Translations under genes and position numbers: made by a program
DNA from: Nitrospirota bacterium
GTDB taxonomy: Bacteria > Nitrospirota > UBA9217
NCBI GenBank assembly: GCA_963663225.1
Contig: OY760142.1
Location: forward strand, 3,136,001 to 3,200,000
Length of the DNA: 64,000 nucleotides
Reading direction: 5' to 3'
Part shown: piece after piece, positions 10,250 through 19,326 of the stretch
Layout: the number at the start of each line of letters is the position of its first letter
Numbering within the stretch: the stretch's first letter is position 1
Notes under the pieces: model-generated
What the model was told of the DNA's origin: nothing
Databases searched by the model: none
The model's input: the letters and a program-made list of their open reading frames with translations, nothing else

Positions 10250-10581
10250 TCATTTTCGGGCGCAGACTGAAAGACAACTGGTTAATGAAAATTTTGATTA
10301 TTCTTTTCTTTGCCGTTACTCCGGTGGTAGTCCTGGGCGCTGCGAACCCGTCACAAGCGGTCATTGCTTACCCTACTCCTTCGTGGATTGATCATATTGA
10401 TGTGGTCAGGGCCTTGATTGGCGGACTATTCGCGATAATAGGTTTTTTTGTCGTGAGGCTGTTATTAAAATTTGACAGGAATAATAGCGAAATTTTCCGA
10501 CGGCTGAAAGAAGTAGAATCAAAACACGCTTGGCTTGAAGGATATTGCGCGGGGCAGCACGGACGAAAGAAAGAAGGTTGA
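10246..10581 (+). CDS. Holin-like/membrane protein of the lysis cassette
   Basis: Two hydrophobic segments plus short coiled C-terminus, directly upstream of the amidase. Confidence 0.5.
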   Translation: MIIFGRRLKDNWLMKILIILFFAVTPVVVLGAANPSQAVIAYPTPSWIDHIDVVRALIGGLFAIIGFFVVRLLLKFDRNNSEIFRRLKEVESKHAWLEGYCAGQHGRKKEG

Positions 10582-10583
10582 TA

Positions 10584-11069
10584 ATGCCGAAAAAAATAGA
10601 CAACATCATCATTCATTGCAGCGACAGCGTTTGGGGCTGCGCTCGGGAAATAAAACTCTGGCATACCCTTCCCCCGCCAGATGGCCGAGGCTGGTCTGAT
10701 ATCGGGTATCATTTCGTCATTCTGAACGGTCGAATTACTCCAAAACAAGAACTTTCTGCACTTGACGGCTGCGTTGAGTGTGGCAGGTATCTTGACGAGG
10801 ACGATATTATAGCGCCGTTCGAGATTGGTATTCATTGCCTGGGATACAATGACCACTCTATCGGAATATGCCTTGTCGGGAAAAGTCAATTCACGCAAAA
10901 CCAGATGGAATCGCTCAAGGACCTGTGCCTAGAGCTTTGCCAGCTGCATGAGATACCGGCTAACAATATCTTGGGGCATTGCGAAACCGTGAGCGGCCAG
11001 AAGGAAGGAAAGAGTTGCCCTAATTTCGACGTTGCGGAAATCAGGGAATATTTGAGAGGTGCGTTATGA
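10584..11069 (+). CDS. Endolysin, N-acetylmuramoyl-L-alanine amidase (Amidase_2, T7 gp3.5-like)
   Basis: IIIHCS, GWSDIGYHFVI, SIGICLVG, GHC..KSCPNF zinc-amidase motifs. Confidence 0.92.
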   Translation: MPKKIDNIIIHCSDSVWGCAREIKLWHTLPPPDGRGWSDIGYHFVILNGRITPKQELSALDGCVECGRYLDEDDIIAPFEIGIHCLGYNDHSIGICLVGKSQFTQNQMESLKDLCLELCQLHEIPANNILGHCETVSGQKEGKSCPNFDVAEIREYLRGAL

Positions 11070-11311
11070 ATTTTCTTAAATCAATCGCCCGATTCGTTGC
11101 AAAAGGCAAAACTGTAATGTTCGCTTACACGATGAGCATGATAGCCCTGTCCTGGTACGCGACGGTTGCTAAGACGCCGATTGACGGCAGCGTGGCGACG
11201 ATGTATAGCGCCGCCCTTGTTGCATACGCCGGTTCAAAAGGCCACGAACTTTACGAGGCGAACAAAAACAAAATAACTCTCAAGGAGGGAGAGATAAATG
11301 CGAGTGCTTAA
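11066..11311 (+). CDS. Holin-like small membrane protein
   Basis: 81 aa, two TM segments, charged C-terminus, follows endolysin. Confidence 0.55.
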   Translation: MNFLKSIARFVAKGKTVMFAYTMSMIALSWYATVAKTPIDGSVATMYSAALVAYAGSKGHELYEANKNKITLKEGEINASA

Positions 11312-11729
11312 ATTTTCGATTGCCATTATTTTCGCAATGCTGCTGGCATCGTGCTCGACAACGAAGTACCTGCCGGCAATGATATCTGAAACCGGCAAGA
11401 TTGTGCAGGAAATAAAACCGCCGGCAACAGAGAGTAGAATAAACGTGCCGCCCGGTGTGGACCCCGGAGATATTCTTGTTCACGGAAAGACACAAGATGG
11501 CGCGGAGTTTTGGGTTGAGAAAAGAACTTTTCATAAGGAACGTATTTTTACAACCGGCAGCACAACAGCATCACCACTTATTGAATTCACCAAAATGAAA
11601 CGAGATTGGTCCTGGGCGTGGTGGACTGGCGGAATTCTCGTTTTTCTCGTTTTAGCCAACTATTTGCTCAAATCGTTTTGCGGAATCAATCCTTTCGGCT
11701 GGATAATCGGCAAATTCCTGAAAAAATAA
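11298..11729 (+). CDS. Lipoprotein with C-terminal TM segment (candidate unimolecular spanin)
   Basis: LLASC lipobox and C-terminal WWTGGILVFLVLANYLL; last gene of the lysis cassette. Confidence 0.6.
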   Translation: MRVLKFSIAIIFAMLLASCSTTKYLPAMISETGKIVQEIKPPATESRINVPPGVDPGDILVHGKTQDGAEFWVEKRTFHKERIFTTGSTTASPLIEFTKMKRDWSWAWWTGGILVFLVLANYLLKSFCGINPFGWIIGKFLKK

Positions 11730-11770
11730 CTCGTTCATAGCTAAAATCTAGGATAAAAGTATTAAAAATG

Positions 11771-11815
11771 CCAGAATTTAGGCCTAAACAGCCTTAATTC
11801 TGGTTTGCTTTTTAT
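11771..11815 (+). terminator. Hairpin after lysis cassette (possible terminator)
   Basis: ccagaatttaggc / gccttaattctgg inverted repeat followed by a T-rich tract. Confidence 0.45.
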
Positions 11816-11881
11816 TCCAGAAAGTAATACTTTTATTCATCTATTTTGTAATACTTTTGTTGCAATGATAGGAGGTCTTAC

Positions 11882-12106
11882 ATGGGCTCAATGCCGGCAG
11901 CATATAAAAGCAGACATTACGAAGCCGAGAGAAACAAACTGATCCCCGTGGCTATTGCCCATGCAAACAGAATGGCAGGATTGAGGCCAAGAAAAAAAAT
12001 GCACAAAGGGCAGAACGACGACCCCGAGCTTACCGCGTGGGTTGCAAACTGGAATTACGCCTATCACCAGAAGATGAACGATCTGGCGAAGGCGATCAAA
12101 TTATAG
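11882..12106 (+). CDS. Hypothetical phage protein
   Basis: GGAGG RBS; first ORF of the recombination operon. Confidence 0.6.
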   Translation: MGSMPAAYKSRHYEAERNKLIPVAIAHANRMAGLRPRKKMHKGQNDDPELTAWVANWNYAYHQKMNDLAKAIKL

Positions 12107-12116
12107 GAGGCATTGT

Positions 12117-13076
12117 ATGACAGAGAATGGATTGGTTAAGATTTCCGGAACGGATACGGTTATTCCCAAGGATCAATACGAACTGGTTGTTAGAACAGTC
12201 GCAAAAGGGCTCGACGAAAACGAGCTTGGCTTGTTTTTCTACGAGTGTAAGCGGCGAGGAGTACACCCGCTCGACAGGATGATTTACGCGATCAAGCGCA
12301 AGGACAACTCAGAAGAGGGGGCGGCCGCTCGCGTTACCTTTCAATGTTCCATAGATTACTACCGTGCGGCGGCAGAGGATACCGGCAAATATCTCGCACA
12401 GGAGCCGGTGGTATTTGGCGAACAAATGTCGCTGTCAAAAGCGTGTAAGAGCGGCGCGGGGCATGACGATGTTGTAGTTCCTGAATTTGCAACGGCTACA
12501 GTTGTGCGAAAAAACGAAGAAGATGGCGAAACAATGAAAATAAGCGCTACAGCCTATTTCCGTGAGTATTATCCTGGCGAGAGGATGGGCCATATGTGGC
12601 GCAAAATGCCGTTTGGCCAGCTGGCAAAGTGCGCCGAGGCCCTTGCACTCCGTAAAGCGTTCCCGCGCAAGCTTGGTGGGTTATATGTCAATGAAGAAGT
12701 TGAAAGGCCGACTGATGATATCCCATTTGCAAAAGATACGGTTAAGCCGAAAGAAAAGCCTTTGCCGGCCCCTTCATCCCCTGCCCCGCAGCAGCCTAGA
12801 GAGCCGGGGCAAGACGAAGGAGAAGGAGAAGCGCCACAAAGAACATTCTGGCAGATACCAAATCAGATGGACAGCAAGATAAAGATGGACCTCTACAACG
12901 AGCTTATGAATAGGGCTGGCGGCGATACGGAAATAGCCGAGGGATTGCTTAAAGAAGCCTCTGGATTCAAGGGAAACAATGGGCTGGTCTGTATGTCGTT
13001 TAATGCTCTGGAAAAATGGACAGACTCATGGTGTTCAAGAGCACTTGCAAAACTTCGCGAAACGGGAGGCAGATAA
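12117..13076 (+). CDS. bet: Phage recombination protein Bet (RecT/Redbeta family)
   Basis: ELGLFFYECKRRGVHPLDRMIY, SIDYYRAAA, WRKMPFGQLAKCAEALALRKAFP signature. Confidence 0.9.
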   Translation: MTENGLVKISGTDTVIPKDQYELVVRTVAKGLDENELGLFFYECKRRGVHPLDRMIYAIKRKDNSEEGAAARVTFQCSIDYYRAAAEDTGKYLAQEPVVFGEQMSLSKACKSGAGHDDVVVPEFATATVVRKNEEDGETMKISATAYFREYYPGERMGHMWRKMPFGQLAKCAEALALRKAFPRKLGGLYVNEEVERPTDDIPFAKDTVKPKEKPLPAPSSPAPQQPREPGQDEGEGEAPQRTFWQIPNQMDSKIKMDLYNELMNRAGGDTEIAEGLLKEASGFKGNNGLVCMSFNALEKWTDSWCSRALAKLRETGGR

Positions 13077-13604
13077 ATGGACTGGATAGCAAATATTTTC
13101 GTGACGGTAATACAGGCGTGGATATCATGGCAGAGTGGTCTTTCGGTCGTGGCTAATTTATGGCTTATCGCAAAGGCATCTTTGTTTTGGACGGGGATAT
13201 TTTTGCTTGCCTCGTTTTTGCTTTGGGGGTTCTTCATTGGCGGCATGAACATACAGCGCGTCTACGAGAAGAGAAAAAAAGAATATTCGGCAGGTACGCG
13301 GAAGAATATATTCACCCCAATACAATGGATATTTGCTGCTCCGTTCATTGCTTTCGCCGTGATTATTGACGTCCTGTATCGGTACACGTTTGGAATAATT
13401 TGCTTCTTCCCATATTTCAGGGGGTTCTTTTCTGATGTTACATTCAGTAAAGAGTTGGAAGCAATTATGGGGACAAGAATATATATCGGTACTCGCAACT
13501 ACAAGGTAGCTCGGTGGATTGCGGCAAACCTGATTAATCCTTTCAGTTATGACGGTGAGCATATCAGGATGCCCTTTGAGCCGAAGGAAAATTGGATTGC
13601 ATAA
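13077..13604 (+). CDS. Hypothetical membrane protein
   Basis: Several hydrophobic segments; abuts bet stop. Confidence 0.6.
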   Translation: MDWIANIFVTVIQAWISWQSGLSVVANLWLIAKASLFWTGIFLLASFLLWGFFIGGMNIQRVYEKRKKEYSAGTRKNIFTPIQWIFAAPFIAFAVIIDVLYRYTFGIICFFPYFRGFFSDVTFSKELEAIMGTRIYIGTRNYKVARWIAANLINPFSYDGEHIRMPFEPKENWIA

Positions 13605-13727
13605 ACAGCGGGGGAAATCGGGCTGACGGTCGGCAGGGCAACCCGACGCCGCTCTTTAAGACTCCTAAAGGTAATTTGGCCTCTAACAATCCGAAAGTAC
13701 CCCGCATCTAAAAGGAGGAGGAGAACT

Positions 13728-13955
13728 ATGGCAACATTGGCGGAAAAGTTAAAAAGGGCAAGGAAAAGAAACAATCTGTCTATGGGTGAGGTAGCGAGAA
13801 AATCTTGGCAACCAGAATTCAAGCACGATAAACGTGCATGGATCACGCAGGGCTATATTTCACGCCTCGAAGCCGGCACAGAAACAAACCCTTCATATCT
13901 CAAGCTGAAAACGCTCTGTGCGATTTATAACATCAAACCGGGCAGTCTGTTCTAG
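13728..13955 (+). CDS. XRE-family helix-turn-helix regulator
   Basis: LAEKLKRAR..LSMGEVA..ITQGYISRLEAG..NPS..LKTL pattern; strong RBS. Confidence 0.85.
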   Translation: MATLAEKLKRARKRNNLSMGEVARKSWQPEFKHDKRAWITQGYISRLEAGTETNPSYLKLKTLCAIYNIKPGSLF

Positions 13956-13970
13956 TGGAGGGGGTCAACT

Positions 13971-14690
13971 ATGGGTTATAAGACTATTGCACTCAAGCGT
14001 GGCTTCACCGAGGTATCTGTATTATACAACTTAGCCGTAGAAAATAATGCGGTAATTTGCGGCGGATACGCACGATATTGTGCGTCACCATTACCGACGG
14101 CCAGGGTTGTTCCGGCTGGCGATTGTGATTTGTTTCCTAAAACACCGGAAGCTACAGATAGATTAAAAGAGCTGCTTATTAACATGGGCTTTGAAATCAG
14201 ACATGAAAACCACGTTAGCATAACTTTCAAGCCGACTGAGGCAAAGAAAGCAGAACTGTCGTATATGCCTATTCCGCAGGTAATTAAGCCAGTTATTGAA
14301 GGGAAAATAGTGGCCGTTGGGACCGTCGAGGAAATACTAGACAATTTTGATTTTACTATCGTTCGGGCAGCTATTATTTCTCCTACTGAGGTAATGGTTG
14401 ATGATGATTTTGAAAAAAACGAAGAGAATAAGTACCTGCGACTGAAAAACATACATTGTCCAATCAGTTCCCTTCTTCGATGTTGCAAATATGCAAGAAA
14501 AGGATATTTCATGCGGCCAATTGAGGCACTTAAACTGTTTATAGATTGGACAAATCGAGGAGGAGAATACCAAGATCGCATCATAGAGTTATTCAAAGAA
14601 TCGGCAAAGGGAAAGCAGAACGAGGAAAACCCGGACGGCATGACACAGGAAGAAATTGACGAGCTTGAAACTCTACTAAGGGTTGACTAA
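13971..14690 (+). CDS. Pol-beta superfamily nucleotidyltransferase (CCA/poly(A) polymerase head-like)
   Basis: ICGGYAR...GDCDLF and NFDFTI motifs. Confidence 0.7.
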   Translation: MGYKTIALKRGFTEVSVLYNLAVENNAVICGGYARYCASPLPTARVVPAGDCDLFPKTPEATDRLKELLINMGFEIRHENHVSITFKPTEAKKAELSYMPIPQVIKPVIEGKIVAVGTVEEILDNFDFTIVRAAIISPTEVMVDDDFEKNEENKYLRLKNIHCPISSLLRCCKYARKGYFMRPIEALKLFIDWTNRGGEYQDRIIELFKESAKGKQNEENPDGMTQEEIDELETLLRVD

Positions 14691-14710
14691 ACGGGGGAAG
14701 GAAAATAAAA

Positions 14711-15340
14711 ATGCTCGAATTTAATCCTGATACGCATGAATACAAGTATGACGGCAAGGTAGTGCTGTCGGTTACTCAAGTCCTTGGCGAGTGGATATTG
14801 GTAAACGGATATTACGTCAATACCTATAATCCGAAAATCGTCATTGCCGAGTCTGTCATGCGTCAAGCTGCAGACCACGGCACGGCGGTCCATCAAGGTG
14901 TCAATATCATTCTGACCGACAATCTGGACTGGAAGGCGCTGGATCACTCCCTGCTCAATCCCCTGCGGCAATTCGAGGCATGGAAGGCCGAATATAATCC
15001 GGAACTGGTGAGCACGGGCTATAAGATGTACTCGCGGCGGCTCAAGTATTCTGGTACGCCTGACCCGTTCTATGTTATCAAGATTGGTCGGCGCCATGTG
15101 CTGTGTTTCGTTGAGATAAAGACTGGTGCACATATGCTTGCAGGGCCGCAGCTTGCTGCGTATGTTCAATTGTATCGGGAATTTTCGCGTTTTAAGGGAG
15201 AGGTGCAGCGTTGGGTGCTTGAGCTTCCAAGGGAGGGCAAATATTCATTCTTGAAATGCCAGAATCGTTACGACGGGCAGTTTTTTGAGTCGTGCTTGTT
15301 CCGAAACAGTTTTATCGGGCAGGTGCAGAATGGCCTTTAA
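14711..15340 (+). CDS. PD-(D/E)XK exonuclease-like protein
   Basis: HEY..SVTQVL, GTAVH, YSGTPD, VEIKTG, QLAAY. Confidence 0.8.
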   Translation: MLEFNPDTHEYKYDGKVVLSVTQVLGEWILVNGYYVNTYNPKIVIAESVMRQAADHGTAVHQGVNIILTDNLDWKALDHSLLNPLRQFEAWKAEYNPELVSTGYKMYSRRLKYSGTPDPFYVIKIGRRHVLCFVEIKTGAHMLAGPQLAAYVQLYREFSRFKGEVQRWVLELPREGKYSFLKCQNRYDGQFFESCLFRNSFIGQVQNGL

Positions 15341-15527
15341 GTACAAAATTATCGGATCCCTGTTTACCGGGAAACAGGCAAAAGGATCCGGTGACGAGTA
15401 TTGGACCGGCAGGATAAACGTGGACGGCAAAGAGATAAGGATAACGGTCTACCGGAACAAAAACAAGTGGGACGCAAAGAAACCGGATTTAATAATCTAT
15501 GGCGAAGGAGGAGGAAGGAATGACTGA
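15330..15527 (+). CDS. Small phage protein (DUF736-like)
   Basis: IGSLF..YWTGRINVDGKEIRI..NKNK..KKPDL pattern. Confidence 0.5.
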   Translation: MAFKYKIIGSLFTGKQAKGSGDEYWTGRINVDGKEIRITVYRNKNKWDAKKPDLIIYGEGGGRND

Positions 15528-16443
15528 ACTGAATACGGCTTTAGAGGTTTTCGAGCAGTCTGCAATAAAGTTGCCGAATACCGCTGTCGAGGTCCATGCG
15601 TTTGTGCGGGACGCTCTGATTGCAAAGACCAAGGAAATTGCCTCGGAGATAGACGATCTTAACCGGAAGAGCCTGACTATTTCCGTGAAGGATGAAACGT
15701 CGGCGGCAATGGCGCGTGAAATCATCCTGCACAAAAAAGAGCTTGCGGATAAGGTCGACGCGGCTCTTGGATTGATCAAGAAGAAGGCTCACAGTCTGCA
15801 TAAAGGCGTAAAGGCCGCGGAAGAGCTTTTGCTTAGCCCTCTTGACAGCATTGAAGAGCGCGAAAAAAGCAAGATTGGCGATTGGGTAAAGGCTGAACAG
15901 GCTCGACAGCGGAAAGAATATCTCGAAGAGCAAGAGCGGCAGCAGAAGGAGAAAGACCGGAAAATTAAAGCCGCGCAAAAGAAAGCCGACGATCTACTGG
16001 CCGGCATAACGGATCTGAACAAACAGGCCGAAACCCTGGAAGCGGCCCTGAATAATCCCGAAATCACTCAAGAGGAATCGGATGCCCTGTCCTCAAAAAT
16101 ATCCGCACTCCGGGCGCAGCTGACCAGCAAGCAGGTCCAGCTTGACAGCAAGACAACAGAAATTCACGATCTGAGCAAGACCGTTCCCCCGCCCGTACAA
16201 ATACAAACAAAGCTGGCCGGCACAGGCATTAAGCCGATCTGGAAAGTAACTGTTCAAAACCCCATGACGCTGCTTAACGCTGTTGTGAGCGGCTTGGTGG
16301 CTATCAGCGTGGTTGAGTTCTCCGCTTCGCAATTAAAGAAGCTGGCGAATGGCGGAGGCGTCCCGTCCCTGTCAACTCCGGAGCGCCCGGTTATCCCCGG
16401 TTGCGTTCTCGAAGAGGACATACAAATTTCTACGCGGAGGTAA
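15520..16443 (+). CDS. Coiled-coil phage protein
   Basis: RBS GGAGGAAGG; long heptad-rich region; common in recombination modules. Confidence 0.7.
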   Translation: MTELNTALEVFEQSAIKLPNTAVEVHAFVRDALIAKTKEIASEIDDLNRKSLTISVKDETSAAMAREIILHKKELADKVDAALGLIKKKAHSLHKGVKAAEELLLSPLDSIEEREKSKIGDWVKAEQARQRKEYLEEQERQQKEKDRKIKAAQKKADDLLAGITDLNKQAETLEAALNNPEITQEESDALSSKISALRAQLTSKQVQLDSKTTEIHDLSKTVPPPVQIQTKLAGTGIKPIWKVTVQNPMTLLNAVVSGLVAISVVEFSASQLKKLANGGGVPSLSTPERPVIPGCVLEEDIQISTRR

Positions 16444-16448
16444 TACCC

Positions 16449-16637
16449 ATGGCTCCTAAACAATCAAATAATAAATGTATAGGCACTTGCTCCGAGTGCA
16501 GGTTTATCGGAAAAAAGCGGGTTCTGGTGGAAACCGACAATTTAAAGATGTTCCCATGTAATCACGAAACGAAGATTGACTATTTCGTGATGGATACGAA
16601 AAATTACGGCTGCTGGCAATGGGAGGTTAAAAAATGA
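16449..16637 (+). CDS. Small Cys-rich hypothetical protein
   Basis: GGAGG RBS; CSEC...C...C. Confidence 0.5.
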   Translation: MAPKQSNNKCIGTCSECRFIGKKRVLVETDNLKMFPCNHETKIDYFVMDTKNYGCWQWEVKK

Positions 16638-16930
16638 ATGGTATACAAGCAGCTCAAAAATTAAATGATCATATATCCAAAATGCCCGATAATTTGCGGC
16701 TGCCCTTAGACGGGGCCGCTGATGTGGTGGATTATCCTGTGATACTCAAGTTGCCCCGGTGCGCTATAAGATTTATGGAGAGCCAATCAAAAACAATACC
16801 ACCCTCTTATTTAATTGAGGAGGCCATGTTGAATCAAATTTTAAACAACCCCATGTCGGCGGTTTTAATGCTAGCATGTTATGCGGAAAGCGAAGGTAAA
16901 AAGAAAAATGAAATGGACTCCGTTTCCTGA
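16634..16930 (+). CDS. Hypothetical phage protein
   Basis: GGAGG RBS; ATGA coupling. Confidence 0.55.
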   Translation: MNGIQAAQKLNDHISKMPDNLRLPLDGAADVVDYPVILKLPRCAIRFMESQSKTIPPSYLIEEAMLNQILNNPMSAVLMLACYAESEGKKKNEMDSVS

Positions 16931-17303
16931 GTGCAACACGAAGCTGGCAAATAATCCGCCGCCGGCACAAGCGCCCTTCTTTCCCGGCAAGTTTTACAGC
17001 GACGGCGCAAACTCTGTGTATTGCTTCAAGGCAAGCTGGATAGAACGGCTGTCAATTCTCTTCTTCGGGCGCATTTGGCTTACGCTGCGGCTTGGTAAGG
17101 ACATCGCCCCGCCTATGCAGTTGCAGGGCAAGAAAACGATATTTGAGAAGCTAACAAAGCCCGAAAGTCCGCTGGTGGCAAAATCAGGCTGCCGAATATG
17201 CCACGGCACGGGCAGAGAGGGAAGATTTAACGGCAAGGATCTTCCCTGCCGGTGCTTGCGCCCGAAAGATGAGGTAATTGCGAAAGGGCATAAGGTGAAT
17301 TGA
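16908..17303 (+). CDS. Hypothetical phage protein with C-terminal CxxCxGxG zinc motif
   Basis: SWIERLSILFFGRIWL; CRICHGTG..CRC. Confidence 0.55.
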   Translation: MKWTPFPECNTKLANNPPPAQAPFFPGKFYSDGANSVYCFKASWIERLSILFFGRIWLTLRLGKDIAPPMQLQGKKTIFEKLTKPESPLVAKSGCRICHGTGREGRFNGKDLPCRCLRPKDEVIAKGHKVN

Positions 17304-17686
17304 TGTTTCACTTACCTGAAAAATACAGGTTAAAAAATTGTGGGCCCTGGTCGTCGAATAAATCGTTTGGAAATAATGGGGCCGCAGAAATACCGGGGCC
17401 TTGCGGCAGGACATTGTTATGCGTGTGTTCTGATGGTGCTGGATGGGAGCACGTTAGCATAAGCACGGAAAAGCATACCCCGAATTGGAAAGAGATGTGT
17501 TTTGTAAAGGATATTTTTTGGGATGATGAGGACACAGTAATACAATTTCATCCGCCAAAGTCAGATTATGCCAATATGCACCCTTATTGTTTGCACCTGT
17601 GGCGTCCTGTGGGTATAGGCTACCCGAGGCCGCACTATTCCCTTGTGGGACTGAAAGGAGAAAAACTAAAATGTCAACAACCGTAA
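17303..17686 (+). CDS. Conserved phage protein of unknown function
   Basis: GWEHVSIS..PNWKEMCFVKDIFW..QFHPPKSDY.NMHPYCLHLW motif widespread in phages. Confidence 0.75.
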   Translation: MFHLPEKYRLKNCGPWSSNKSFGNNGAAEIPGPCGRTLLCVCSDGAGWEHVSISTEKHTPNWKEMCFVKDIFWDDEDTVIQFHPPKSDYANMHPYCLHLWRPVGIGYPRPHYSLVGLKGEKLKCQQP

Positions 17687-18081
17687 TCCGTACGCTTAGT
17701 TGCGATTTGAGATATGCCGAAATACACAAATACGGCGAAGAGTTATCAAAAACCATCGAGAGCTTGGCCGAGGCAAACGACTTAAAGAAGGCCAGCGCAG
17801 CATATCACGCCGAAAAGATTGCTTCTCTTGAAAAGGACGTTCGCCAGCTGTCCAGAAAGATAAGCACGAAAAAAGAGGACCGTGAAGTTAAATGCGAGTG
17901 GCAATACCGTTGGGAAGAAGGAATGAAAGACTTGGTGCGCCTGGATACGTTTCAAATCATTGAAACCTTGCCGATATCGGACGCGGACCATCAAACCCGT
18001 TTAGAGCTCGAAAAGCCAGAAAATGACCTGCCGGACACGCCAGAGCCGGAAGGTGCGGCGGTCGAAAAAATACCCGAATAG
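17671..18081 (+). CDS. Hypothetical phage protein
   Basis: AAAGGAG RBS; coiled N-half then REVKC..VRLDT. Confidence 0.65.
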   Translation: MSTTVIRTLSCDLRYAEIHKYGEELSKTIESLAEANDLKKASAAYHAEKIASLEKDVRQLSRKISTKKEDREVKCEWQYRWEEGMKDLVRLDTFQIIETLPISDADHQTRLELEKPENDLPDTPEPEGAAVEKIPE

Positions 18082-18086
18082 GCGTA

Positions 18087-18115
18087 TTGACAAAGTATAT
18101 ACCTTATGATAACAT
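18087..18115 (+). promoter_or_regulatory. Sigma70-type promoter upstream of replication gene
   Basis: TTGACA-17 nt-TAACAT with extended TG. Confidence 0.55.
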
Positions 18116-18133
18116 CGGAGGTACGAAATCGAA

Positions 18134-18661
18134 ATGCCGGTATGCCCTAATTGTGGGGTTGAGTTTGACGAAAATAAAAAGCAAAGCATACCGTACGCAG
18201 AAATCATAGAGGACCTTAACGCGGTATGCAGATTTAAAGAGCGCGGAAAAAAGGGGTTTTCTCATAAATCAAGCTCTAACCAGCGTCTTATTAATGGGCG
18301 GTGGAAAGATGGGTATAGACTCGACGACTTTAAGGCGGTCCATAGAAATATGGCCGCCAAGTGGCTTGACGATCCCAAAATGGAACAGTTTCTACGACCG
18401 GTTACGCTGTACTGTGCCAGTAAGTTTGAGGGATATTTAAGTCTAAGCCTAAACTCTGACAAGAAGGCGGACATATTCACGGCGCTGTGTGATGCCATGG
18501 ATAAGAAAGAAGCTCCGAAAGATGAGATTGCCCGGAAGGTTGGTTTTATGATAGGATGGGACCGGGTAAAAAGTCTGCTGCAGTCCGAGGCCGGGCGCGA
18601 TGCCTTGAAAACTCCTTTTGACCGGGCATATAAAACGGTTATAGCGGAGATGGAAAAATGA
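18134..18661 (+). CDS. Phage replication-associated protein (TIGR02220-like C-terminal domain)
   Basis: EIIEDLN..INGRWKDGYRLDDFKAV..FLRPVTLY.ASKFEGYL; N-terminal CPNC. Confidence 0.75.
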   Translation: MPVCPNCGVEFDENKKQSIPYAEIIEDLNAVCRFKERGKKGFSHKSSSNQRLINGRWKDGYRLDDFKAVHRNMAAKWLDDPKMEQFLRPVTLYCASKFEGYLSLSLNSDKKADIFTALCDAMDKKEAPKDEIARKVGFMIGWDRVKSLLQSEAGRDALKTPFDRAYKTVIAEMEK

Positions 18662-19131
18662 ATATATTGGCTCTTGACCTTGCTACTCGGACCGGGTGGG
18701 CGCTCGAAGAGAACGGGCGGCGCGAATCCGGAGTGCAGGTTTTTGATGTTAAGCGCGGGGAATCTCCGGGTATGCGATTTGTTAGGTTTAATCGCTGGCT
18801 TGATGAAATGGCAAAAATAATCACAAGGCCATGCGTAGTCGTATTTGAGCAAGCGCATCACCGAGGAGGAGCGGCGACCGAATGTGCTGCGGGATTCTCT
18901 ACGAGAGTTCTTGAGTTCTGCGCGACACATGGATTCGAGCATTCATCTGTTCACACTCAAACGCTCAAGAAGTTCGCAACCGGATCCGGGCGCGGAGATA
19001 AAAGCGCCATGATTGCTGCGGCCAGGGTTAAGCTTGGATTTGCCGGCGACGACGACAACGAGGCCGATGCTCTTTGGCTTCTGGAATTCGCGAAAAAAGA
19101 GATTGTAGGGGGAGTGCCATGCCAAAGGTAG
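18658..19131 (+). CDS. RuvC-like Holliday junction resolvase (phage type)
   Basis: ILALDLATRTGWA, VVFEQ, TLKKFATG.G.GDK, DDNEADAL. Confidence 0.85.
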   Translation: MNILALDLATRTGWALEENGRRESGVQVFDVKRGESPGMRFVRFNRWLDEMAKIITRPCVVVFEQAHHRGGAATECAAGFSTRVLEFCATHGFEHSSVHTQTLKKFATGSGRGDKSAMIAAARVKLGFAGDDDNEADALWLLEFAKKEIVGGVPCQR

Positions 19132-19316
19132 TCAATGATGCAAAGAAGTCTTATATTTTAATCAAAGTTTCTCCGTCTGAAAAAGAGAGATTCGAAAAGC
19201 TGTCACGGCGTCTGAATGACGGAGAGGAAAACACCCTTTCCCGCACCATTCGGCAGCTGCTTCGGAAAAAATACCGCGAAACCTTCCCCGAGGAGTTCGA
19301 ACAATCCGGGGATTAG
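19119..19316 (+). CDS. Ribbon-helix-helix-like small DNA-binding protein
   Basis: ILIKVSPSEKERFEKL..TLSRTIRQLL pattern. Confidence 0.55.
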   Translation: MPKVVNDAKKSYILIKVSPSEKERFEKLSRRLNDGEENTLSRTIRQLLRKKYRETFPEEFEQSGD

Positions 19317-19326
19317 TCCCCGGATT

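Noticed and set aside
13608-13705. c-di-GMP riboswitch (tempting given the GGDEF) or a second hammerhead
   Set aside because: Lacks the GGCAAA/GCAAA and tetraloop-receptor pattern; CUGACGG does not fit CUGANGA
14711-15340. Cas4 of a CRISPR system
   Set aside because: No Fe-S cysteine cluster and no cas operon; it is a typical phage exonuclease partner of Bet
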